64,000 nt of DNA, from the NCBI GenBank assembly GCA_964016885.1, contig OZ024740.1, forward strand, positions 328,972,001-329,036,000, given 5' to 3'. The notes under the pieces are model-generated. The model saw nothing but the letters and a program-made list of their open reading frames with translations. It had not been told where the DNA came from and did no database searches. Both the position numbers and the translations under genes were made by a program. This document shows positions 26,636-40,089 of the stretch, piece by piece. The stretch is from Eledone cirrhosa (Eukaryota). Numbering within the stretch: position 1 is the first letter of the stretch; every line of letters begins with the position of its first letter.

Positions 26636-27209
26636 GAGGGAAGTTGAAATTGGAAATAGCACGGAAAATATAAGGATCTGTTTTTCTTTTTTTCCCTTTC
26701 TTTGATTCTTCAAAGTGACATTATTGAAAAAATGAAAGGGATAATTCTTTTAAAAATGAGTTTTATAATGTATATAAAGTATATAAGGTATAACCGGTTT
26801 CGATGTATTAGTAAAATCCATCTCATGAAATGTTGAGTATTACAATTAAAATGAATTATTAAGAATTAAAAAGCCTAGGTTTTATTTTGTATCTCTCCTT
26901 TGTTCTCTTCTACACCATCCTACAAAATGCTGTAGGACAGAACAAAGGAGAGACACAAAATAAAAACCTGATCACTAAGGTGGTCACGGAATGTGTGACG
27001 AAAGAGCTCTGACAATATATAAACAACCTTCCGGTTATCGAACCAACCAACCTGCCTACCGGAAATTTATTATAAATTGAAGTGAAATCCAAGAGGTGCG
27101 TGAGTTTCTATTGGCAGCATGCCCCCCCTCCCCACACACACACACCTAAGTATAACAATATCTGTTTCAACACAAATTTTCAGAAATCTTGCAAAACAAA
27201 TAAAAAAAA

Positions 27210-27300
27210 AGATTCCTGGACCGAGCGATGCGTTATGACCTTCAGCAAGACACTTTATTTTACGTTGCTCTGCTCATTCTACCTGGAGTTGCGACCGATA
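27210..27300 (+). mobile_element. SINE fragment (CORE-like domain)
   Basis: TTCCTGGACCG..TGACCTTCAGCAAGACACTTTATTTTACGTTGCTC resembles the CORE motif and the copies at 8780 and 20487. Confidence 0.6.
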
Positions 27301-28041
27301 GAAAGTACTAGCAACTGGAGAGACCGACGAACACATTGTTTCCTCGGTCCGATTTGACAATAGTTGATCGATCTTTTTTTAAAAAATATATATATAGTCT
27401 TCGCCTTTCCCTGCAGATTGAAAAGATGAAGGCCAACACGAATCGATATTTAAACGTTATAGGTGTCTTGTGGTGAATATCCTCGTCAATGTAAAACATA
27501 CTCTATTGCTATATAACGACCACTAAATGTAACAAACCACGAAATTAATTAAGGATGTTAAATAAGGAAATACATAGAATTATCCTGATGAGATATCTAT
27601 CCGCTCACTGTTTATATTTATATGCACATTTATATTCATATGTGCATACTCAGATAATCAGATATATACCTTATATATGTACAGATGTACATTTATCATG
27701 TACTTTGGCTGGTTAGCTCACAGACTAATAAATAATAAAATCACCTATCAACACACTAATAATAATATTCAAATTAGTGCATCCAAACGAGAGGCTGATG
27801 ATTTAGAAAAATTACGTAGATAAATTATACTAATGAAAAATGATCGACATCGGATATTATAATTACGTATGGATAAGACCTAAGAGATATTGAATTCATT
27901 GATGTATGATAATTCATTTCGAATAGGGTGCAATGAGAGAGAAAGAGTTATTAATTGATAGCCATGGGAATATGGATGAAGACAAAGAGAACGATGTGAA
28001 TGATATATAGTGTATGAAAGCGTCAATGAGAAAGATAGAGA

Positions 28042-28082
<41 letters not shown>

Positions 28083-28083
28083 A

Positions 28084-28128
<45 letters not shown>

Positions 28129-28155
28129 TTTATATATATATATATATATATATAT

Positions 28156-28237
<82 letters not shown>

Positions 28238-29169
28238 AATGGATAAGATAGATGCCTATTGATACATTAGAGAGAAAGTGATAGATCGATGGCGACGGAT
28301 ATTCACTAAAGTAAGGTTCAACCACATTTTCTTTATGACTTCGACTCTATGAACAACTAATAGTAACCATCATAATAAATAATAGATAGAGGGTTGAATA
28401 TATAGATAGGTACATACATGTATAAATAGTGGGGGGGGGGGGGTAATTAACTAGATTAGAATAAAAGTAAACAGAAACGTGCATATATAAAGTAGAAGGG
28501 TAGTAATACATACAAATATGCACACATACATACATCATACATTCATACATTCATACATACATACATCATACATCCATCCATCAATCCATCCATCCATCCA
28601 TCCATCAAGACATGCGTACTATATACAAATAAAAATAGAATAGATACGTATAAATTCTACATTGCATAACAGAAATATCAGAAATTAGAATTATTTCACT
28701 GAAAAATGTGTATATAGGTACTTGCAAGGTATAACATAGAGGATACAAGAATTAAACGAGGCCTGGTCCGGAATATTTACAAGTTTATAAAATCACACCA
28801 TATAATGTATGACCATGATATATATATATATATATGAGTATAACATTTCGACGAAAAATGTTTAAAAACACTAGAGAAAAGAAAATTTATGTAGCACATT
28901 ATCAACAACAGTGAAAGAAGAATCCTCAAGATACAACTTTCTCATGAGACATGATGTGGTAACCAAATATATAATTATCATATTGAAACCTAAGAACGAA
29001 AACAGCAATAAAAATGAAATATAGCCGTCATGAGGCTTTTGGCTAACTTACACACACACATATATAAATATATATATATATAGAATATTGACCAGACTAT
29101 ATACATACGGTCGCGCACACACACTACACTCACAAACACACATGCCCCCCATCCGCCGACACACATACG

Positions 29170-29202
<33 letters not shown>

Positions 29203-29253
29203 CAACGAGAAGTGTAAGTCAACAGGTTAAAATTAACTTCGTTTATTCATATT

Positions 29254-29311
29254 CGCTGATATATATATTTCGGTGATAACCATTATTTAACAGCTATGAC
29301 CTCATCAGAGA
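29254..29311 (-). ncRNA. Type I hammerhead ribozyme
   Basis: Minus strand CTCT-CTGATGA-GGTCATAGC..GTTATCACC-GAAATA-TATA-TATC-AGCG. Intact core, AUC triplet, one mismatch each in stems I and II. It lies about 50 nt from a (TA)n junction. Confidence 0.7.
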
Positions 29312-30107
29312 GCTAGAACTTGAACAGAAAAAAACAGGAAAACATAATGATGGAACAAAGGTTACCTCTGTTTTTCAGTCCTTTGATATGCCCGAAGTAT
29401 GGTGTTGTTTTCTCAAAGAGCTGGTGGCATATATAAATATAATATAAACACACACAAACATATATATATATATATATAAATGAAAAGTATAGAAAACATT
29501 GTAGCGAAAAGCCAACAGTATTCCATAATATATATATTCCATATATATATATATATATATATATATATTCTTTGAAAATGTACCAATCCTATACGCAATC
29601 CTAACTACAGTCGATTGCTATAAACAATAGCTTAGAATATCGCGTAAAATGCCTTTATGGTCGGAAAATATTGACTAGCAGACGCTAGAGAGAATCGAAA
29701 CCGGCTTCTTTTTTAAATCCACCTGTATACTTTAGCCAAATGAGCACTTTAAGCCAAGACAGTTTGTATATCTAATTTAGATGTATTTAGTTGGTTGTAA
29801 GACATCGTCTAGCCAAATTAAGAATCGATGACTTGAGGAAAGTTGAGGGCAAGATGTATTTCCCGAGTGTTAACGTTTCGGAAGGAAATTCCTGGGCGTA
29901 CGCATGAGAGGTATTGAACTAATATTTGTAATATCAAGAAGTAATATTTTGAGACAGAAATAACCATAGTTCGACAACATATTTCACTTCATAGACATAT
30001 TCGCAAATAATTCAAATCCTACCCAGTGGCGGTGTCCAGCCCACCCCATTTCAAATGAAAGTGGGTCTTTTGTTTTTTATGCTTCATATTTCTCTTTATT
30101 ATTATTA

Positions 30108-30495
30108 ACTAGCGGTGGATTGGCAGTATCGGTAGAGGGTCGGACGCCATGCTTTGACGCATATAGTTACGGTCCTTGCCATTCTGAGTTCAAATCCCGC
30201 CGAGATTTACTTTGCCTTTCATCCTTACAGGGTCGATAACATAAAGTACCAGTAATGCACTGGGTAATTGCTGGCCTTGTGCCTATATAAGAAACCATTA
30301 TTAACTAGCAGTATTGGCAGTATCGGTAGAGAGTCAGACGCCATGCTTTCCAGCATAGTTACGTTCCTTTACGGTCTGAGTTCCCGGCGAGGTTCACTTT
30401 GCTTTTCATCCTTACGGGGTCGATAAAATAAAGTATCAGTAATGTACTGGGTATTTGCTGGCCTTGTGCCAAAAGTATAAAACAATTATTATTAA
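30108..30495 (+). mobile_element. Two tandem SINE copies
   Basis: TTGGCAGTATCGGTAGAG..GAGTTCAAATCCCGCCGAG..TTTGCCTTTCATCCTTAC.GGGTCGATAA.ATAAAGTACCAG repeated at about 30108 and 30303. Confidence 0.85.
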
Positions 30496-30802
30496 CTAGC
30501 AGAAGAACCACCCTTCGGGCGATTTTCTGCTAGCATGTGTAGTGTGCATATTGATATTATAGGCAGGTATATACATCAAATAAAATCGTAATTGACAATA
30601 TATAATACATAGAAATTGACATTTCAGAAATTTTAAAGAAGTGAATCTTTAAATAAACAAAATATATTTAAGCAACAGCCACGAAATTTAGTAGATAAAT
30701 TATGTAATATTCATTCATTATTTATTCAACGTAATGCAACTTATTTTACTAATGGGTTAAAAAATGATAAACCCTACGCTCATTACTTTTTTATAGTTTA
30801 GA
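30496..30802 (-). mobile_element. Short non-autonomous Helitron-like element
   Basis: Minus strand begins A|TCTAAACTATAAAAAAG and ends GCCCGAAGGGT(hairpin)GGTTCTTCTGCTAG|T, giving a 5'-TC, a subterminal hairpin, a 3'-CTAG, an A|T target and no TSD. Confidence 0.6.
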
Positions 30803-30811
30803 TATCAAGGG

Positions 30812-31018
30812 TAGTTGATTGGCAGTATCGGTAGAGGGTTTGACGCCCTGCTTTGCAGCAAAGAGTTACGACCCTTTATGATCTGAGTTCAAATCTCGCC
30901 GTGGTTAACTTTGCCTTTCATCCTTACGGGGGATGGGGGAGGGGGGATAAAATAAAGTACCAGTAATGCACTGGAATAATTGCAGGCCTTGTGCCAAATG
31001 TAGAAACAATTATTATTA
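30812..31018 (+). mobile_element. Third copy of the same SINE
   Basis: Same head, B-box and GCCTTTCATCCTTACGGG domain as 30108-30495. Confidence 0.85.
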
Positions 31019-31576
31019 ATATCATTTAGTTTAACATTTTAGAAGATAATGTCCCCAGGATACTAATATTGATTTCTGTCACGGGCATTAATTTAAGGAT
31101 ATTTCTGTAATTGATGGGTACTTTAATATAGTGATTCAGAAGTATGAAAAAAGACAGCGTTGACCTCCGAAGAAACTAACCTCAAAATATAAACGACCTT
31201 AATTAAACACTGCAATGCATTATTTTGTTCGACACACGAACCAGTCTAATAATTCACAATTCTCGTTAAACTGGCTACTAATTTTACTTCAGAATATTAC
31301 ATAGACTTTTAATAATGAAAATTGACATTGAAGTTCAGTTAGGTTTTCTCGAAGAAAACTTAGTTGTTTGTTAACCTTCCAGCTGTTTGGAAGATCTACG
31401 AATCAATGAACTGCGCGAAAAGAATCGTGAAATGGGAGAAAAGTTGACTTTCTGACTTCGCTAGTCTGGTGTTATGAGGATATTAAACCGATTGGAACAA
31501 TGCCAAATCAATTCTTTTAAAACATACAAGTATTCTACAATAATTTCAAACACTTTTGTTTATATATATATATATG

Positions 31577-31729
31577 TAGGAGGTGAGTTTTATTGTAGCA
31601 CAATAAAGCAATGCAAATATCGGATAAGTAGCACTCTACAGTATGTAGGACTGGAGGATTATAAATAATATAAGATCAAAAGATGGTTAAAAGAGTTCCA
31701 AGAACTCTTTTAACCATCTTTTGATCTTC

Positions 31730-31735
<6 letters not shown>
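31577..31735. mobile_element. Small TA-flanked hairpin insert
   Basis: Perfect 26-bp arms AAGATCAAAAGATGGTTAAAAGAGTT-CCAAG-reverse complement (31672-31728), with (TA)n on both sides of the insert. Confidence 0.55.
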
Positions 31736-31782
<47 letters not shown>

Positions 31783-31843
31783 CATATATGTATGTATGCA
31801 TATATGTATGTATGTATGTATGTATATATATGTGTGTGTGTGT

Positions 31844-31913
<70 letters not shown>

Positions 31914-32696
31914 GTGTGTGTGTGTGTGTGTGGTTCAGTGATTTACTAGTGTTTGTTAAAATATTAGCACTAGCTCCTCAAGCAGTGTGTATACAATAAG
32001 TGTATGTGTGTAAATATATATGAGAAATAATGTTATCCTTTTTATGTAGTCTAATCCACGTTTGTGTAGCTGAATGCGTAATGCCAAATGAATTAGGCTG
32101 CTTAGCATTAAATTATGCTAAATGTGGCTGATGAATTTGTGTAACATAAATATCTTGATGATACGAGATGCGTCATGGAGTATGGTACATAGGTTTCAAG
32201 GATAGTTTCACGGAGTAATTTAATATGACAGGGTACTTACGAAAAACTAGACAAGCTTTAGTTAAATTCGAAGAAACATTTATTACACAATATTATCTTT
32301 AACACATGTTTTAATGCTGTTATGCAATCGCCAACAAAAGCTGAATTATTACATATTTCGTAATCCACTATCTCGCACTGCCTTCATTCTGCAACGCGGT
32401 GCGACCAGCAAATCCATTCAATAATGGAAAGAGAAAATAGAATCGTTGTTTTATAGTGAACACCTTCGTTCCGTTTTTCTTAAACACACTCACACGCACA
32501 CATTACTTTATTATTTTCAGTCAGTAAATTGTGGCTATGCAAGAATTCGGTACTAATTTTATCGATCACTATTTGTCGAATCTCTATGTAGCGTGATATA
32601 AACAATACAGACCTAAATCTAAACTTAGACACGTACCACCCAGGTATATATATATATGTATGTACACGTACACACACACACATACATACACACACC

Positions 32697-32728
<32 letters not shown>

Positions 32729-32739
32729 AATACATATAC

Positions 32740-32827
<88 letters not shown>

Positions 32828-33201
32828 TGTATATATATATTCTTAAATATATGTATTCTTAATTACCCCCCCCCCCCTGCATATTAACTCTCTGAAAAGG
32901 GAAATCATATCAAACCCCAGTCCACCATTTGCCTCTATCATGGATTAACTAAGCCCTCTTGTTATATTAACACATTTTGATCTGCTTATCTTCAAGAACT
33001 ATGCCTGAAAATAACGTTATTTTTTCTTTCACATTGATTTAATATGCCCCTTATGCATTGATTTAATATGCCACATTATGCCCCCTTTTTTTTTCTTTTT
33101 TCTTTTCACTTCATAAACCTTGTTTATACATAACATTATTCTTTCTGCACCATTCCTTTAACATGTCCAACACCACCATTCTACACCAATACATATTATT
33201 A

Positions 33202-33240
33202 TTATTTGATAATGCATCAAAATGCTGAAACCGGTAATAG
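33202..33240 (+). ncRNA. Minimal type I hammerhead, U3-A8 core variant
   Basis: TTAT-TTGATAA-T-GCAT-CAAA-ATGC-T-GAAAC-CG-GTA-ATAG. Confidence 0.65.
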
Positions 33241-33434
33241 ACAATTATTAAATATATAAATAAATAAATAAATACCATTGTTAACTAATAAATAAATCAA
33301 CTAAAACCTTAACACTTCACACAAAGTAAAATATTTCGTTTTAATCATTTTCTAACCCAGAAAAAAGAGAGAAATAAATAAAAAGGGAAAAAAATATATT
33401 TTTCTTCCTAATAATCGTCTTTTTCTCTCTGTTT

Positions 33435-34020
33435 GGAATAGAATGAAACGAAACGTACATCGTTCCTGTGTCAGTGTTGAACAAAAAGGTGACGTTGTTG
33501 CCTAAATAAGGTACGGCGTAATACTAAGAGTGAGAAATGAAATTTCGTTCCATTCTATTCCATTTATCGTTTTCGGTGTGCCTGGCCGACTGAACTCACT
33601 CGGTATGCAAATTAGGCTGCTCATCCGTTAATATGCATAAGGAAAGTATATACACTTTCAGACGTTCAACCATCTGGCAGGAAGGTATACGATGCTGACG
33701 ATAGCTAATAAGCTTGAAACTAGTACATCGTTCCTGTGTCAGTGTTGAACAAAAGGGTGACGTGGTTGCCTAAACACTGTACGGCGTAATTCAGGCTGTT
33801 TGTTTGTTTACAAACAAACAAATTGAGCATTATAATAAATGTTCGGTAAACCGATACGTGCATATATATATGTGTGTGCATGTATATATATATATATATA
33901 CATACTACTGTACGTCTGTATACATATATGTATGTACATATACATACATACATACTTACATTTAAGTAAGTGCCGTACTAAGAGTGAGAAATGAAATTTC
34001 GTTTCATTCTATTCCATTTA
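33435..34020 (+). mobile_element. Short non-coding PLE/retrozyme-like element with direct repeats and a small 5' inversion
   Basis: 33455-33506 is repeated at 33723-33774, 33522-33567 is repeated at 33977-34020, and 33435-33453 is the inverted terminus. HHR at 33689-33731. Ends in (TA)n. Confidence 0.7.
33689..33731 (+). ncRNA. Canonical minimal type I hammerhead ribozyme
   Basis: ACGATG-CTGACGA-T-AGCT-AATA-AGCT-T-GAAAC-TA-GTA|CATCGT. 6-bp stem I, intact core, GUA triplet, predicted cut after 33725. Confidence 0.88.
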
Positions 34021-34081
34021 TATATATATATATATATGAATACTGTTTAGCTTCTCGCTAAAACAATTTCTATACCTTTCA

Positions 34082-34166
<85 letters not shown>

Positions 34167-35026
34167 GCAGGTATGTAAACCGCCTACCAGATTTCAGTCA
34201 AGACATTGGTCATCCCCACGTTACAGTAGAAGACGCATGGCCGAGATCCCACGCAAATCGACTGAACCAAGAAACAACTGGTTGGAAGTCGAATTCTTTA
34301 ACGACAGGCCTGCTAACATATATTTATATATTCGCAGTATCAGAAACTAGAAAGAGTTTTAGATACAGAGAGCAAATGAGTTAGATTTCTGTTTAGATTT
34401 CTGTGTGTGTGTGCCTATTTATGTTTGTGCTTGTGTGTGAGATCTGACTCTCACAGTTACAGACAAATATTGATTATCCCGAGTTTCAATTACTTCAAGT
34501 TTTCAGCAGAAAAAAAAAAATCTAAATATATTTTAAACCAATTTTTTTTAGTTTTTCACATCGTATTCATTGTTTTCTTATTGTTAATTTTTTTCAGATA
34601 TTTTCGTTATTTTTTTTTTATTATTTTCTCTCTTTCTTTCCTTCTTAGAATTACGCCTATGCTCTTTCCCCCTTTTCTTTCATTTAATGTATTTTTCGTT
34701 CTTTATTTTTAAAAATTATTTTCGTTCACATTCTTTATAACTTTATTTCACTCCACATTTCTTTCTCTTTGTGGTATTGTCTGTGGCTTTCTTTTATTCT
34801 CGTATTATTATATTTTTTCTATGTTTTTTTTTCTCATTTCTAATGTTTGCTTCTCTCTTTTACCTTGCTTTACTTTTATCTCATATCCTTTTCAATTTAT
34901 TCCTCATATTCACATATTCATTCTCATCGACTTAATCAATACACATTTATTGCTCTTTCTTACTCTCCATTCCATCGTTTATTCTCTTTCTTTCATTCGC
35001 TCATCGCCTTTTATCTCGCTTTGTAT

Positions 35027-35158
<132 letters not shown>

Positions 35159-35369
35159 TATATATATATATACATATACATATATATATATAGATAGATA
35201 TAGATATATATAAATCATATATATGTATATTGTCACCTGAGAGGTGGCATCATGAAAAAAGATATTAGGAGCAATGGAATGTATCAGCAGAATTATAAGA
35301 AAATCCGAAAGGTCTGATAAGATTGAACATTTTCCTTTGTTTTAATGGTTTCGTGGCTAGTGGAATTTT

Positions 35370-35430
35370 AGTGTAGTGGTTAATGAACTCACCGGTACCC
35401 AAGAGACGCAGGGTTCGATACATCGGCCCT
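35370..35430 (+). mobile_element. tRNA-like SINE head or tRNA pseudogene
   Basis: A-box GTGTAGTGGTTAA and B-box GGGTTCGATAC at tRNA-like spacing, but no clean cloverleaf. Confidence 0.45.
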
Positions 35431-36273
35431 ATCTATTTTTTTAATGCCTTTTTGCAGCTAATATTTATAGTGATCTATTATTATTACTATCATTTTAGTT
35501 TTTTCGTTACATCTTAAGTGAACTGCTTTGATTCACACACATATGGACAGACACAGACACATATGTATATACTCGTGTGTATATGTTTATGTATATATAT
35601 AATCATCAGGTTGCTAGACCCAGGTGTGGCAATGGAGATTAGCTAGCACTGCTTAAAATGATCCTAAAGGCATGCATTTCAAATAGCCTCTAGAAACCAT
35701 GTCCAACTCGTGTGGCTTAACATGCAAGCACAACCGAATTATCCCTACTGACAGTGGGTGGGCGCGTAGACGGGTTCTGGCGCCTTCAAACAAGAGCTCT
35801 GGATAGATGGAGCACGTCAGTCTAGGAGGACAGTCCAGTTAAGAGAAGGGAAACTCTGAACTTAAAACTCCACTGCTTGCGGCCATACCCATTTCTGGGA
35901 AAATCTTTCTGCTAATCTCCCATAAAACCTTGCGCAGGCCTGCGCTTTAGATATACATAAAATTCTCCAGACGCATATCCATGGTCTTTCGAGACCGACG
36001 AATGTCAATAATGATAACTCACTCTTCGGAAGTCAGGCATACACGCATACAATTGCATACCCTCAGAAATATTCCTTGCGATAAAATACACGTATTCCAT
36101 CATAAATGTATGTTTGAGAAAATTTTCCCACCTGAATACGTTCTCAGATTTTTTATTCGATACCAATAACAATAGAATTTGACAAAGTAAGCCAGCTTTA
36201 GTTTTAGGTTCTATTTCGTTGCACAAAAATATATGCACGCGCATACACGAACACGCATTAACGCACGCACCCC

Positions 36274-36423
<150 letters not shown>

Positions 36424-36617
36424 ATATGTATATCAACAAAGAAAGTGTGGTAAGAAACCACGTGGACCATAATGCACCATAGTACTCGATACTTAGGGTA
36501 GTAGAGTGGGTAATAGGAAAAGAGTCAGGACCGCGACGACTGAGCTCCGGCCGTTTCGACAGCTAGATCCGAACGCCGGAGCTCGGCCGTCGTTCTTGTG
36601 TTGGCATGCGAACAGAA

Positions 36618-36661
36618 CTGTAGACACTAATGTTTCTGGGTATCACCCTTCATCAGGACAG
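36618..36661 (-). ncRNA. Type I hammerhead ribozyme (copy 1)
   Basis: Minus strand CTGTC-CTGATGA-A-GGGT-GAT-ACCC-A-GAAACA-TTAG-TGTC|TACAG. GUC triplet. Confidence 0.8.
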
Positions 36662-37053
36662 CTCACTGTTCACCTGCCAAACTGTCCGAGTCAGTGAAAA
36701 TATATGCTATTTTCAAAAATACACAGTGACTCATCAGCCTAATTTGCATACTAGCAGACTGGCCGATCAGTCAGATCTGCATATTAGCAGATCCACTGAT
36801 CAGCCAGATTTGCATATCAGTAGACTGGCCAGTCAGTTTCCTGTATACGAGCGATAAATGGCCGGCTTTGCCAAATTCAAATAAAAGGGAAATTTACTCT
36901 ACATGGCCGAATTCAATAAATGCAATCTGAGCTTTTCGAATATTAATAATAACATTCGATTTGTTTGCAATTTTGCAAACAAGCCTCAATTTTATAGCCA
37001 TGTCAGTAGAATGAACACTTCATTCTTGCTCTTGTGTTGGCATGCAAACAGAA

Positions 37054-37097
37054 CTGCAGATACTAATGTTTCTGGGTATCACCCTTCATCAGTACAG
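37054..37097 (-). ncRNA. Type I hammerhead ribozyme (copy 2)
   Basis: Minus strand CTGTA-CTGATGA-A-GGGT-GAT-ACCC-A-GAAACA-TTAG-TATC|TGCAG. Stem I is fully paired, with a G16.2A mismatch in stem III. Confidence 0.75.
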
Positions 37098-37309
37098 CTC
37101 ACTGTTCACCTGCCAAACTATCAGAGCTAGTGAAAATATATGCTATTATCAAAAATAAACACAGTGACTGATCGGCCTGATTAGCATACTAGCAGACTGA
37201 CCGATCAGTCAGATCTGCACATTAGCAGATCCACGGATCGGCCAGTCTATCTGCTAGTATGCAAATCAGGCCGATCAGTCACTGTGTATTTTTGAAAATC
37301 TTAGATTAC

Positions 37310-37366
<57 letters not shown>

Positions 37367-38097
37367 AGTGTGTGAGTATATATCTATTTGCGTGAACCTA
37401 TTTGTGGAGATATATTTTGATATCCAAGTGTATGCGTTCCCGTTAGTAGCTGTCCATACTTCCACACTCTGAAAATGTTCAGAGGTGATATATTTCCCGC
37501 AAAAATCCCCCCTCCCCCCAAAAAAAATAACAAAACAAAAGACAAAAACAAAACATAAATATATATCAAATAAAAGCACTGTAAATATTGGAGATAAGAC
37601 GTGCGGGTGTTGTAAAAGAGGTTACTGCTTGCATCAAATATCTTACATCTTTACGGCCATTTATTCATATAACCTATTGAATATCAAAAATACAGTGTTA
37701 TTGTTAGGAATGAAAGGAATTGGACGGTCGGTGCATACTGTCTGATTGTCTCATTAAAAGATAAACAATATGGTCTCTTTAACAGTAAATATATTTAAAG
37801 CCATTCAACTATTATCCATTCGTCGCCTTATCTTTCTCTTATAGAATTATATAGTGAAATAATAGAACAAGACGATTATTGATTTGGCTATTTTATTATT
37901 TATTAATCTCTTTTTTTTTTGTATTTTTACATCCCAAATAAGAACAAACAGGAATTAATACTCAGTTGACAGAATATACATGCATATACACGTGTACACA
38001 ACCACACAGGAAAATACTCTCAAATATATGTACATATATATATATACTGTATACACACACACACATATACACACACACATGTATATATATATATGTA

Positions 38098-38787
38098 TAA
38101 ATTTTCAATACCCGAATTACTTGATCATTTTTTTGGCTATGCAAACTATGTTTCACTGAACCATTGAGCACTTGCCTCACATCTCGAAGGTTGTTTTTTG
38201 TTATTTCGTGGGCCGAAATGCGAATCTCGATAATTATTGTTTGTATTTATCTCCTGACTCTAGCTATTGACCAGTTAATTTTCTTGATTTTTTAGTTGAT
38301 TCTATGTTAATTTTAACCCTTCTGTTGAGAACTCTATTCGATTTGTGATGTTTTTGCATTCTTGCAAAAATATACACAACTGAATTTATTCGCCTGATAT
38401 AGGGGCTGCCTCCCTTGCCGATCCCCACGTGGAGTCAGTCCTTGTATTAACATTGAACTAAAACCTGTTGAGAAAGTGGCTTCCTTGTTCAATCATCTTA
38501 CCAGAAGCCTGACATTATTTATGTAAGCGGACGGTACTTGATTTAGGAGCCGCAGAAACCCAAATACTGGATTTTAGCAACCTTCCAGGGGTCCGGGTAA
38601 ATTTTCAATACCCGAATTACTTGATCGTTTTTTTGGCTATGCGAATGATTGTTTAACCATCGTCTCAGTGTGTTTGGCGTTTAACGTTTGTTATAGCTCT
38701 GGTTCATCTGAACCATTGAGCACTTGCCTCACATCTCGGAGGTTGTTTTTCGTTATTTCGTGGGCCGAAATGCGAATCTCGATAATT
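38098..38787 (+). mobile_element. TA-flanked non-coding element with direct terminal repeats (period 500)
   Basis: 38098-38236 is repeated, with an indel, at 38598-38787. Confidence 0.7.
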
Positions 38788-38928
38788 TATATTTGTATAT
38801 ATACATATATATATTTATACTGTAATCTGAGTTTTTCGAATATTAATAATAATATTCGAATCGTTTGCAAACAGCCTCTTTAAAGTCATGTCAGTAGAAT
38901 GACCCGGAATTCTTGCTCTTGCGTTGGC

Positions 38929-38988
<60 letters not shown>

Positions 38989-40089
38989 TTTATACACACA
39001 CACATGACACACACCCACACCCACACACACGCGCACACACATGTATACATATGGGAAACAAGCTTTAGTTTAGACTTGTATTGAAAACATTATAAATTTC
39101 TAGATTTTTCTGTTTTTATCAAGGTGTTGTAATAGTTTACTATGAGTACCTATCACTTTTAGTAGAAGGTAGAACATTCTAAATAAATTATTAAAGTTTT
39201 TTCGACATTCCTAGCTTTACTTTATGATGAAGTTATGTCGGCCTGCATTCCATCCAATTTATCGCAGGAATAGCCAATAGAAATCGTGTAGACTTTACAG
39301 ACGAAATTATAATTTTGACCATTAGATTTATATATTATCAGTCATTTACTTTGTTTGTAACTAGTGTATGTTGTGCTTTGGGTATTACGTTCATCATTAC
39401 TCGTTTAGCTTTGTAAGGAATTCTGTTGAATATAGATGTGTCGTTTACTGTTTTTTTTAAATATAATTTTGCTTTCTTATTTAGGGTAGCTATGCAGAAT
39501 ACAGAAAACAGAAGATCAAATTCTAATGTTAAAAATTATGCTATAATGTACGATACATTTAATTAACAATATATACATTTCTCTTGTTAATATACAGAAT
39601 ACATCTCCGTGGTGAATTAAACTCAGCAATATATATACATCAAACAGAATCTACAAGATAAAACATTACTTTGCCTCCACAGGATGATACGTTTATCAAC
39701 CTCCCCCAAAGAATATTCCCAACTCCAAATTCTCGTACATAATCCATACTCAAATTATTGGTACAGTTTTCATTCTTAAATCCCACATAATGGTTATCTT
39801 AACTTCAAAATTATTTTGGTCAGAAGCCTTTCGCCTTTCATCCGTACAGGGTCAATAACATCTAATTTCAGTTACGCACTGGGACGATTTAATCGACTTT
39901 TCCTTCGCCCAAATCTTTGGGCTTGTGCTTAAATCCCAAACCATTAGTATTATTATTCCGTGCTGTCACTTCATTACTGAGCATGTTTGTTTGTATCTTG
40001 GATATGGTGTAGGGTGATAATTATAATTTCTATTGTATTGAAAATATTCTACGTAGCGCAGTGATATTTATTGTATGTTGTATATATTT

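Larger units (their letters stand above)
36432..37312 (-). mobile_element. Non-coding tandem-repeat element with two hammerheads (retrozyme-like or PLE pseudo-LTR dimer)
   Basis: 36594-36800 is repeated at 37030-37240 with period 436. Each repeat has an HHR. 37245-37300 is a terminal inversion. (TA)n on both flanks. Confidence 0.8.

Noticed and set aside
26788-26830. Minus-strand TTCATGA-GATG..CATC-GAAAC-CG-GTT
   Set aside because: G5 and position 3 are mutated and stem I is poor. Probably a dead HHR, so it is not listed as a feature.
35370-35430. Functional tRNA gene
   Set aside because: A and B boxes are present but the acceptor and anticodon stems do not pair; treated as a SINE head.
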